NCBI GenBank assembly: GCA_963674595.2
Contig: CAXXFV010000027.1
Span: forward strand, 256,001-320,000
Reading direction: 5' to 3'
Length of the DNA stretch: 64,000 nt
Source of the DNA: a bacterium
GTDB taxonomy: Bacteria > Zhuqueibacterota > Zhuqueibacteria > Residuimicrobiales > Krinioviventaceae
Below, one piece after another: positions 48,390 to 57,711 of this stretch (positions are counted from its first letter, which is position 1; each line of letters starts with the position of its first letter). The position numbers were made by a program, and so were the translations under genes. The notes below the pieces were generated by a model, which saw only the letters and a program-made list of their open reading frames with translations, made no database searches and had not been told where the DNA came from.

Positions 48390-49337
48390 TTACTCTTTTA
48401 AAAACTGATCAACATTATCTTTAGTAATCAAATCAACACCTGTATCATAAATCTCTTTTTCGGGCATTTTTTTGTTTACAGCTATATCATAAAGAATTTG
48501 AACACACATTTGACCCATATTATAAGATCGCTGGCCTATAACAACATTTACCAATCCATCGTCAACCAGCATCAATTGTTCTTTAATCGTATCAAACGCC
48601 AAAATTTTAATATCTGTTCGTTGATTTAAAGCATTTAATAAAGCGCCCTTTGGAGAGACAGTCGGCCAGGAACCCGGTACAAACCAGGCATTCAGAGAAG
48701 GTGTAGACCGGGTATAATCTTCCATCAGCATTAACGCCTTTTCCGTGTCTTCATCACATGATAACAGCTTGAGCTCTTTTAATTTACTGTTGCTTTCTGC
48801 TAGCTCATCTCTGAATCCGCGAATGCGGTCGTTTAAATTAAGGGCACCAAGTGCACCTGTTATGATTGCATAATTTCCCTGGTCATCCAAAAGTTTTATC
48901 ATTTCCTTACCGGCAATTCGGCCGGCCTCATAATTTTCAGTACCGACATAGGCGATACGCTTACTTTGAGGGGCATCAGAATCAAATGTTAAAACAGGAA
49001 TACCGACATCTATTGCCTTATTTATGACAGAGGCGACACCATCCGGGTCATTCGGAGAAATAGCGATACCGTCGACACGTCGTGCGATGAGTGATTCCAT
49101 AATATTTACCTGGGCCGTTACATCAGCCGCCTGAAGAGGTCCGATGAGATCAGTCTTGACACCCAATTCTTCTCCGGCTTTTTTCATACCGGCTTCGGCC
49201 TGAAACCAATATGGATTGGTTAATGACTTTGGTACAAGTACAAAATAAAGCGTGTCTTTACCTTTATTGCATCCGCTAATGATCAACAAGAAAGATATAC
49301 AAATGAAAACAAAAGTAATAAAAAAACGTTTTCTCAT
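48390..49337 (-). CDS. sugar-binding lipoprotein (RbsB/LsrB-like), no adjacent ABC permease or ATPase
   Basis: Lipobox ISGC, NPYW, GIAISP, TFDSDAP, YVGTENY, DTG. Confidence 0.88.
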   Translation of the reverse strand: MRKRFFITFVFICISFLLIISGCNKGKDTLYFVLVPKSLTNPYWFQAEAGMKKAGEELGVKTDLIGPLQAADVTAQVNIMESLIARRVDGIAISPNDPDGVASVINKAIDVGIPVLTFDSDAPQSKRIAYVGTENYEAGRIAGKEMIKLLDDQGNYAIITGALGALNLNDRIRGFRDELAESNSKLKELKLLSCDEDTEKALMLMEDYTRSTPSLNAWFVPGSWPTVSPKGALLNALNQRTDIKILAFDTIKEQLMLVDDGLVNVVIGQRSYNMGQMCVQILYDIAVNKKMPEKEIYDTGVDLITKDNVDQFLKE

Positions 49338-49973
49338 TAGGAATCTCCTATCATCATTAAATCTATTAAATATTCCTGGTTTAAATAGTATTTACAGAAC
49401 AATATAAATTTAAAAAATCAAAAAGAAAAGCATCTCGTGATGTTTTTAATATTTAAAATAGGGGTATAAGGGAATAGTCGGATTAATGCTATAAAGGATG
49501 CAACTATTTTATTTACTGTTTTTTATAGATTAAACAGGTCAAACAATTTAAAAAAGGCATTTTAATTGATCAATTGTACTATTGAATATACAAATAAAAT
49601 AAATTAAATATAAAGTTGTTTTTTTAATTGTAATATTTATAGCTAAAATCTTTATAAAAAAATTCATCCAACCATTTATTTTTTATTCATTAAAGAAAAC
49701 TACTCGTTTAATAAAAAAAATTAATAACTAATATAATTGGAAAAAAATTAGAGTGTTCAGGCAATCAGTCGTATAATATATTTATTATTGTCCGCTTGAG
49801 AAAGATTGATGAATTTTTGAATATTAATGACCAGCCGTTTTGAAAAAAACAATATTCCTCCTGCAAATGTGAATTTCACGATATTGCCTGATATATATGT
49901 ATCCGTCCCCCCTTTCTTTCTCATCACCTTAGTTGTTAAATTTCAACATGAACAAAAAAAAATTAAAAAAATA

Positions 49974-50030
49974 TTGAAATTTTGAAACAAATACTTTAAA
50001 TTGTCGTAAAGTTAATGACTCACGGTCATT
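49974..50030 (+). promoter_or_regulatory. promoter TTGAAA-N17-TAAATT followed by a probable TetR operator AATGAC-N5-GTCATT (50014-50030)
   Basis: Perfect 6-bp inverted repeat just downstream of the predicted TSS and upstream of tetR. Confidence 0.55.
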
Positions 50031-50066
50031 TTATTAACATTCGAATATTATATAAACGAGAGTAAA

Positions 50067-50705
50067 ATGGGAATTAGTGAACGAAGAAAACGAGAAAAAC
50101 TGAAAAGGCGGGAGGAAATTCTTGACGCAGCGGAAACCATATTTTTCTCTAAAGGAATTTCTGAAAGTACAATGGACCAGGTTGCGGAAGAGGCTGAATT
50201 AAGTAAAGGTACCTTATACTTGTATTTTAAAAACAAGGAAGACCTTTATTTTGGAATTACAGAAAGGGCCCTGAATCTGTTAACAGAAGAATTTTCTAAA
50301 AGTATTGATCCCAATTCAACAGGACTCGAACAAGTAAAACAAATTGGTCAAGCCTATTACAAGTATTCATTTGAACACAATAATTATTTCAATACTATTT
50401 TAAAATTCGATTCAAGTGGATTGGAAATAATGAAATCCGAAAATATGCTGGCAGCGTGCCATGATCTTGGTCAAAAGGTTAATCAACTTGTCATTAAAGC
50501 ACTGCAAAAGGGCATTGAGGATGGCAGTATTCGTAAAGATATTAATCCTGTAAAAACCGCGTTTATTCTTCAGGGCCAAAGTAGTGGTATTTTTCAATTA
50601 ATTGCCAGAGAAAAGAACCACCTGGAAAATTGGAATAATCTTAGTATACCGGATATACTTGAAGAATTTACGAAAATGATGGTTCGCTCATTAGGAAACC
50701 AATAG
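50067..50705 (+). CDS. TetR/AcrR family regulator
   Basis: ILDAAETIFFSKG...TMDQVAEEAELSKGTLYLYFKNKEDL. Confidence 0.95.
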   Translation: MGISERRKREKLKRREEILDAAETIFFSKGISESTMDQVAEEAELSKGTLYLYFKNKEDLYFGITERALNLLTEEFSKSIDPNSTGLEQVKQIGQAYYKYSFEHNNYFNTILKFDSSGLEIMKSENMLAACHDLGQKVNQLVIKALQKGIEDGSIRKDINPVKTAFILQGQSSGIFQLIAREKNHLENWNNLSIPDILEEFTKMMVRSLGNQ

Positions 50706-50728
50706 ATGCATTTTATATAGGAGTTTGT

Positions 50729-52081
50729 ATGCTCAAAAAGACTTTAATAGCACTGCTTTTTTTATGTAATACAATTTTTGCTCAAACACTGGATGATATG
50801 CTAAAAGAAGCATTTGAAAACAATCTGGCCTTAAAACAAAAAAACATTGAACTGACAAAAAGTATGGAAATTCTCAAAGAGGCAAGAGGTATGTTTTTGC
50901 CGGATGTTGAGATTGATGCCCGCTATTCACGAGCCGGTGGCGGACGATTAATTGAATTTCCTGTTGGGGACTTGCTCAATCCGATACATACAGGTCTTAA
51001 TCAACTGATGCAACAGCAGCTTTATCCTGAAAATCTGGAGAATGTAAATATTCCTTTTTTAAGGGAAAAAGAACATGAAACAAAAGTGAGAATTGTACAG
51101 CCGATTTTCAATCCACCGATTTATTATAATCATAAAATTAAAAAGTACCAGTTTGAAATTGAAAAGGCAAACAGGGACGCCTATAAACGTGAATTGGTCT
51201 TCGAAGTGAAAAAGGCTTATTTTAATTATTTAAAATCGACTTCTTTTATGGAAATCTTGAACGATTCTAAAAAATTACTGGAAGAAAATTTACGTGTTAG
51301 TAATAAGCTTTATGAAAATCAAAAGGCAACCCAGGAGATTGTTTTTCGGGCAGAGGCGGAACTCAGCAGTTTGGACCAGCAATTAGCAGAGGTGGAAAAA
51401 TACAAAGACCTTTCAGAAGCTTACCTTAATTTTTTATTAAACAATCCGCTGGATCAACAAATAACAGCAACTGAAACTGAAAATAAAATAACGCCCCCTC
51501 CTCCTTTTGATGATATTGTTTTACATGCAATGGACCACCACGAAGCCATAACACAATTCAACGCCGCTATTAAAGCTTCTGAAAACGGTGTTAAAATACA
51601 AAAATCCTCATTTTTACCTATTATTTCTTTTGCATTTGATTATGGTTTTCAGGGCGAAAAATATAGTTTTACCGACAAAGATGATTACTGGATGGCTTTT
51701 GCGGTCATGCAATGGAATTTATTCAACGGCTTTCAGGACAAAGCTAAAATAAACCAGGCAAAACTGCAAAAACGGGAATTGGACCTTAAAAAACAGCAGA
51801 TTAAAGAACAAATAAAACTACAAATCAAAGAAGCCCATAAGGGTATTTACGTAGCAAATAAGGCAATTCTTGCAGCAAAAGCCCAGGAAAACAGCGCACG
51901 AAAATCCTTTGAAATTGTTGAGCGTAAATATAACCAGGGAATGGCCCCGCAAATAGAATATATGGATGCTCAAACAACATTCATTAATGCTAAAATGAAT
52001 GTGGTTGTTAAAAATTACGAGTATTCTATCAGTTTGGCTGAACTTGAAAAAGCAGCCGCTTTATATCCTATTAAAGATTAA
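50729..52081 (+). CDS. TolC family outer membrane protein
   Basis: Signal peptide, OEP repeats, QPIFN, WNLFNG. Confidence 0.9.
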   Translation: MLKKTLIALLFLCNTIFAQTLDDMLKEAFENNLALKQKNIELTKSMEILKEARGMFLPDVEIDARYSRAGGGRLIEFPVGDLLNPIHTGLNQLMQQQLYPENLENVNIPFLREKEHETKVRIVQPIFNPPIYYNHKIKKYQFEIEKANRDAYKRELVFEVKKAYFNYLKSTSFMEILNDSKKLLEENLRVSNKLYENQKATQEIVFRAEAELSSLDQQLAEVEKYKDLSEAYLNFLLNNPLDQQITATETENKITPPPPFDDIVLHAMDHHEAITQFNAAIKASENGVKIQKSSFLPIISFAFDYGFQGEKYSFTDKDDYWMAFAVMQWNLFNGFQDKAKINQAKLQKRELDLKKQQIKEQIKLQIKEAHKGIYVANKAILAAKAQENSARKSFEIVERKYNQGMAPQIEYMDAQTTFINAKMNVVVKNYEYSISLAELEKAAALYPIKD

Positions 52082-52102
52082 ATATAGAAAACGGAGTTAA
52101 AA

Positions 52103-53137
52103 ATGAAATACAAATCATTCATAATCGTTTTGCTTTCTTACTTATTATTAAATGGTTGCGGCAAAAAAACCGAGCCGGACCAACAAACTATTATTCCGGT
52201 ACAAACAAGTCCGGTAAAATATAAATCTGTTGCATTTCCAATCCACAGCAGTGGTATTTTGAGCTGTAAACGGGAGGCCCGGCTGGCATTTAAAACCGGG
52301 GGTATCATTCAAAAAATTAAAGTCGATGAAGGCCAAAGTGTAAAAAAAGGCCAATTATTGGCCGAACTTGATCTATCAGAAATAAATGCCCGCTTTATTC
52401 AGGCTAAAACGGCCTTGGATAAAGCACAACGCGATTTCGACCGTGTTAAAAATCTGTATAATGATCAGGTCGCAACACTTGAACAGTTTCAGGATGTGGA
52501 ATCCGGACTTGTTGTAGCGAAATCAAATTTAAAAATCGCCCAATTTAATCTTGATCACTCTACTATTACGGCCCCTGAAGATGGAAAAATATTAAAACGA
52601 TTTATGGAACCGAATGAAATGGTGTCTGCGGGAACGCCTGTTTTGTACTTTGGCACAACAAAAGACGACTGGATCGTTCGCGTGGGCTTAGCTGATAAAG
52701 ATATTATTAAAGTAAATTTAAATGATTCTGTAAGCATCAGTTTTGACGCTTATCCAGATAATGTCTTTTCAGGCACTGTAAGTGAAATTGCCGAAGCAGC
52801 GGATCCGATGAGCGGAACTTTTGAAGCAGAGATTAAGATAGAAAAAACAAATAAAAAATTGGTTTCCGGTTTTATAGCTAAAGTTATGATATATCCACAA
52901 AAATCACAAAATCTGAAAACCGTTCCAATAGAATCTCTTGTTGATGCACAAAACAATGAGGGATATTTATGGATTCCTGTGGATAATCATGCTGAAAAAC
53001 GCCGAATAACACTTGGTGATAAAATAGAGAACGATATTATAGTAACAAACGGACTTTATAATATAACGCATGTCATAACGTCCGGCGCTCAATATTTAAA
53101 TGAGCGGTCCACAATCAAAGTTATAAACAATCCTTAA
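52103..53137 (+). CDS. RND periplasmic adaptor subunit
   Basis: Lipobox LNGC, VDEGQSVKKGQLLA, APEDG. Confidence 0.92.
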   Translation: MKYKSFIIVLLSYLLLNGCGKKTEPDQQTIIPVQTSPVKYKSVAFPIHSSGILSCKREARLAFKTGGIIQKIKVDEGQSVKKGQLLAELDLSEINARFIQAKTALDKAQRDFDRVKNLYNDQVATLEQFQDVESGLVVAKSNLKIAQFNLDHSTITAPEDGKILKRFMEPNEMVSAGTPVLYFGTTKDDWIVRVGLADKDIIKVNLNDSVSISFDAYPDNVFSGTVSEIAEAADPMSGTFEAEIKIEKTNKKLVSGFIAKVMIYPQKSQNLKTVPIESLVDAQNNEGYLWIPVDNHAEKRRITLGDKIENDIIVTNGLYNITHVITSGAQYLNERSTIKVINNP

Positions 53138-53162
53138 AGAACAGAAAGTACAGGAGCTTTAT

Positions 53163-56100
53163 ATGCGTTTGCCGAAACTGGCTATAGAAAATCACCAATT
53201 CACCAATATCGCATATTTCATGCTGGTATTAACCGGGTTGATTTCTTTTATCACCATGCCGAGAAGTGAAGACCCGCAGGTTTCCCCTCCCGGATCAACT
53301 GTGGTTGTTATTTATCCGGGCGCAACACCAACAGATATGGAAGAATTGGTAATTGACCCATTGGAAGAAGCTATTAATGAACTGGAAGATATTAAAACGC
53401 TGGAATCCACATCTGAAGATGGAATAGGTATTATACAAGTTGAATTTTTAACCGGCAGCGATCCGGACGATAAATATTCGGATGTTGTGCAAAAAGTTAA
53501 TAGTGTAAGACAAAAACTTCCGGATGATATCTATAGTCTGGAAACAACACAGTGGTCTATTTCCGACGTTCAAATTATGCAGCTTGCCTTAACGTCTGAA
53601 ACGGCGCCATATAAAAATCTGGAAAAAGAAGCCGAACGGCTGAAAAAGTTACTTGAAAAAGTAAACGGCGTTAAAAAAGTGAAGCTGTGGGCTTTTCCGG
53701 AACAACAGGTCAACGTTGCGCTGGACATGGAAAAAATGGCCCATTATAAAATATCAATCTCTCAGGTTATGAATGCCATAGGCGCGGCAAATCAAAATAT
53801 CCCGGGCGGTTATATTGATATAAGTACATTACGGTTTAATGTACAAACAACAGGGTCTTATGGATCTTTGCAAGAAATAAAAAATACGATTGTTCATTCC
53901 AGAAACGGAAAAATTGTATTTTTAAAAGATATTGCCAATGTAGAGTTAGCTTATAAAGATAATAATTATTTTGTTCGGTATAAGGACAAAAAAGCAGTTT
54001 TAATTACGCTAACACAAAAAGAAGATACAAATATATTTAATGTAACCGATGGTGTAAAAGAACAGATTAAAGAGTTTAAAAAATCTTTACCTGCTTCACA
54101 TAAACTTTATACCTCTTTTGATCAATCTGAAAGTGTTCACCATAGATTGACAAACTTTTTTTCCAACCTGTTACAGGGTTTAGTGCTGGTAGGCATTGTC
54201 ATCTTTTTATCAGTCAATATCCGCGCTTCTATTATCGTTATGCTGGCTATCCCCTTTTCTATTCTCATTGGAATCGGATTTGTCGATTTATCCGGAATTG
54301 GTCTGCAACAGATGACAATTTCCGGGTTGGTTATTGCATTGGGATTACTTGTTGACAATGCGATTGTGGTTATTGAAAATATTACCCGATTTATGAAACA
54401 GGGATACACGAGAAAAGAAGCAGCCATTCAGGCAACCAGTCAGATTGGCTGGGCTGTTGTGAGCGCTACGGCAACAACCGTTCTGGCCTTTGTGCCCATG
54501 ATGATGATGCAGGATGTAACAGGTGATTTTATTCGCAGTATGCCATTGACAGTGGTTTTTACACTGCTTGCATCTCTCCTAATCTCATTGACCCTGACAC
54601 CCTATTTATCCAGCAAATTTCTTAAAGTTGATGCAAAAGAAAGTCGTTTCAGGAAAATGTTGGACCGGATTGTATCGGTGCAATATAAATATATTTTGAA
54701 TAAAGCCATCAGCCATCCTGGTAAAACGATACTGCTGACATTACTTTTGTTCTTTTCAAGTTTTGCTTTGTTACCATTGGTTGGCGTGAGTTATTTTCCC
54801 AAAGCAGAAAAACCTCAATTTTTTATCAATATAGATACGCCAAATGGGACCAATCTGGCAGAAACTGCCAAGGTGGCACAATATGTTGAAACGATATTAC
54901 AAAAAGAACCGGATATAAAAAAATATACACTTAATATCGGACATGGAAATCCCAGAGTTTATTATAATGTTATATCAAAACGAGAACGAAGCACTCACGC
55001 TCAATTTTTTATAGAATTATTAAACTATGATGCAGATCGTTTCCATAAATTAATCACAAGGCTCAGAAATACTTTTAACAATTATGCAGGCGCAAAAATT
55101 GAAGTCAAAGAACTGGAACAGGGACCGCCCATTAACGCCCCTATTGAAATTCGTATACTTGGAGACAACCTGGATTCTTTAAAAACAATTTCCAAAGACG
55201 TAGAAAATATCATAGCGTCCATGCCGGGTACTATTAACATTAACAATCCCCTGGGTACCTCCAAGCTGGATATTCGCGTCAATGTAAACAAAGATAAAGC
55301 TGGGCTTTATGGTGTTCCCCTGGTCGAAATTGATCGCACAGTAAGGGCAGCTATTGCCGGACTGAGCGTTACAAAATACCGTGATGCGGAAGGCAAAGAG
55401 TACGACATTACCTTACGCCTGCCTGTGGAAAACAGTCCGAAAATATCAGACCTTGAAAAAATATATATTACTTCTGTTACAGGAACGCAGATTCCATTAC
55501 AGCAATTAGCATCAATTGAATTGGAATCTTCGCCGCAAATTATCAGTCATTACGGACTTGACCGGAATGTATCACTGACAGCCGATGTAGTCAGCGGTGT
55601 ATCGGCCAATAAAACAACTCTGGCAATTATCGAAAAATTAAAGGAATACAAATGGCCGGCCGGTTATCGTTATGCAATCGGTGGGGAATTGGAAAGTACG
55701 GGTGAATCGTTCGGAGGACTGGCCCAGGCGTTTATCATAGCCATTATCGGTATATTGGCTGTTCTTGTTCTGCAATTCAAGTCCTATTCACAGCCTCTTA
55801 TTGTTTTTGCCGCCATACCCTTTGCAACCATCGGTTCTATATTCGCATTATTAGTTACCGGTAATACATTCTCATTTACAGCATTTGTCGGATTTACGAG
55901 CTTGGCAGGTATTGTTATAAACAATTCCATTATTCTAGTTGATTATACCAATCAACTACGCCGGGAAGGAATAGCTATTTTAGAGGCCCTCGAACAAGCT
56001 TGTCAGGCACGATTTGTACCGATTATATTAACAACCGCAACAACAATCGGAGGATTATTACCGTTGACGCTTGGCGGTGGCACTCTTTGGGCGCCAATGG

Positions 56101-56195
56101 GCTGGACGTTGATTGGCGGTTTAACAACATCAACCTTTTTAACATTAATCCTTGTTCCCGTACTTTACAAAATATTTTCAAAAAAAGAACAATGA
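53163..56195 (+). CDS. RND efflux permease (AcrB/AcrD/AcrF family)
   Basis: 1010 aa; YPGA, GLLVDNAIVV, ARFVPIILT, LILVPVLY. Confidence 0.95.
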   Translation: MRLPKLAIENHQFTNIAYFMLVLTGLISFITMPRSEDPQVSPPGSTVVVIYPGATPTDMEELVIDPLEEAINELEDIKTLESTSEDGIGIIQVEFLTGSDPDDKYSDVVQKVNSVRQKLPDDIYSLETTQWSISDVQIMQLALTSETAPYKNLEKEAERLKKLLEKVNGVKKVKLWAFPEQQVNVALDMEKMAHYKISISQVMNAIGAANQNIPGGYIDISTLRFNVQTTGSYGSLQEIKNTIVHSRNGKIVFLKDIANVELAYKDNNYFVRYKDKKAVLITLTQKEDTNIFNVTDGVKEQIKEFKKSLPASHKLYTSFDQSESVHHRLTNFFSNLLQGLVLVGIVIFLSVNIRASIIVMLAIPFSILIGIGFVDLSGIGLQQMTISGLVIALGLLVDNAIVVIENITRFMKQGYTRKEAAIQATSQIGWAVVSATATTVLAFVPMMMMQDVTGDFIRSMPLTVVFTLLASLLISLTLTPYLSSKFLKVDAKESRFRKMLDRIVSVQYKYILNKAISHPGKTILLTLLLFFSSFALLPLVGVSYFPKAEKPQFFINIDTPNGTNLAETAKVAQYVETILQKEPDIKKYTLNIGHGNPRVYYNVISKRERSTHAQFFIELLNYDADRFHKLITRLRNTFNNYAGAKIEVKELEQGPPINAPIEIRILGDNLDSLKTISKDVENIIASMPGTININNPLGTSKLDIRVNVNKDKAGLYGVPLVEIDRTVRAAIAGLSVTKYRDAEGKEYDITLRLPVENSPKISDLEKIYITSVTGTQIPLQQLASIELESSPQIISHYGLDRNVSLTADVVSGVSANKTTLAIIEKLKEYKWPAGYRYAIGGELESTGESFGGLAQAFIIAIIGILAVLVLQFKSYSQPLIVFAAIPFATIGSIFALLVTGNTFSFTAFVGFTSLAGIVINNSIILVDYTNQLRREGIAILEALEQACQARFVPIILTTATTIGGLLPLTLGGGTLWAPMGWTLIGGLTTSTFLTLILVPVLYKIFSKKEQ

Positions 56196-56232
56196 TGTAG
56201 CCATTCATCATTTAGAAATAACTTTTTACTTG

Positions 56233-56264
56233 AAGCGCCGGGATTATTTCCCGGTGCTTTTTTT
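56233..56264 (+). terminator. intrinsic terminator of the plus-strand RND operon
   Basis: AAGCGCCGGGA-TTATT-TCCCGGTGCTT followed by a T run. Confidence 0.8.
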
Positions 56265-56293
56265 ATGAACATCCTTAGAATAGATATAAATAG

Positions 56294-56333
56294 AAAAAGG
56301 CCGCAATTTTTAAACAAAAAATTCATTGCGGCC
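56294..56333 (-). terminator. intrinsic terminator of the minus-strand RND operon
   Basis: GGCCGCAAT (56299-56307) and ATTGCGGCC (56325-56333) form an inverted repeat; followed by T5 on the minus strand. Confidence 0.65.
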
Positions 56334-56361
56334 CGGAAGGATTGCAAGTTATAAAAAACTT

Positions 56362-57711
56362 TTACCTGCCTGTAAGTTGAAAATATCTCGTTTTTTCAAT
56401 AATGTATCTTACTTTGGCCTCTGTCAACTGGTCCAGCGTTTCCTGTTGTAAAGCCTGGGCTTCTAAAAGATCAGAAATGCTGACCAGTCCATTTTCATAG
56501 CTGTCCTTTTCTACTTTTAAATTTTCTTCAGCCTGCGATTTTGATTCTTCGCACAGCAAATATTCTTTGTAGGACGTGGTCAAGTCCTGCCAGGCTTTTT
56601 CAATTTGAAGGAGCAACAGCTCTGAATTATCTTTAAAATTGTTTTCGGCAATTTTTTCTTTTAACTTTCTTTCCTTAATTTCATGTGTTCCGCCCCACCA
56701 TCCGGAAATCGGCACAGAGACAGAGGCAAATGCCAATCCGAGTGTACGGCCTTCTCCTTTATCAAATTTAAGATATTGCCCGCTAAGGCCGACACCAGCC
56801 TGGGGAAGATATTCACCTATTTTCATCCTTGTCTGTAATTTTTCAACGCGAACTGATTTTTGTAAAAGCGCATATTCCGTGCGTCTGGTGAGCGCTTGAT
56901 TTTTATCAATATAATAATTTTGAGGTGACCCGGTAATTTTCAACTCTGCGTCCAGTGTCAATAAAGAGTCGTAGGGTATACCGACATGTTGACAAAAAGC
57001 CATTTTAGCGAGTTTTTTACCATTTTCCAGTTTTGATTTGTTGACTAGCACCTGACTCTTTTTTAGTTTGACTTTTAAAAGATCGTTCTTCATGGTAATA
57101 CCGGAATTGTACGCATCGTCAACCTGTTTTAAAAGACTGTTTAACAATTCCTCGTATTTTTCAATAGTTAACGACTTTTCATCAAGAGAAACGATCTGCC
57201 AAAATAACTCTTCGGTTTTTAACGTGATCTCATCCTCAGCAAGACTTTTTTGGTCCTGCTTTGCTTTTACATTCAATGCGGCAAGTTTGTTTCCATTAAT
57301 AATTCTGCCGCCGGTGAAAACCGGCTGTATAATATTAACATAACCGATTGTGCCCTTTTCCAGCAACCCCATGGAAAAACCGGGGAAATAGGCAAATTGC
57401 GTTGCACTAAAAAGAGTAGCCGGATTGCCGTTATAAACAGGAAGGTTTCCACCTTCAATATCCATTTCCATTAAAGGTTTTTGAGCTTCATACATCATGC
57501 CTCCCGCACTTATGGTGGGGAAATAATGAGTCAAAGCTGTTTTTCTGATTTGCTTTGCCGCTCTGACCTCCAGTTTGCTGTTTTTGCTTTTAGCATTGTT
57601 TTGTAAAGCCAACTGTTTACTTTTTTCAAGCGTTAAGGTTTGCTGACCGAAAACCTGTGCAGTCATCAGCAGAAAAGCAATCAATAGAATATATATATTT
57701 ATTTTTTTCAT
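56362..57711 (-). CDS. TolC family outer membrane protein
   Basis: True start is MKKINIY at 57711 (ATGA overlap with the RND stop); signal peptide, QPVFTGG, VPISGWW. Confidence 0.9.
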   Translation of the reverse strand: MKKINIYILLIAFLLMTAQVFGQQTLTLEKSKQLALQNNAKSKNSKLEVRAAKQIRKTALTHYFPTISAGGMMYEAQKPLMEMDIEGGNLPVYNGNPATLFSATQFAYFPGFSMGLLEKGTIGYVNIIQPVFTGGRIINGNKLAALNVKAKQDQKSLAEDEITLKTEELFWQIVSLDEKSLTIEKYEELLNSLLKQVDDAYNSGITMKNDLLKVKLKKSQVLVNKSKLENGKKLAKMAFCQHVGIPYDSLLTLDAELKITGSPQNYYIDKNQALTRRTEYALLQKSVRVEKLQTRMKIGEYLPQAGVGLSGQYLKFDKGEGRTLGLAFASVSVPISGWWGGTHEIKERKLKEKIAENNFKDNSELLLLQIEKAWQDLTTSYKEYLLCEESKSQAEENLKVEKDSYENGLVSISDLLEAQALQQETLDQLTEAKVRYIIEKTRYFQLTGR

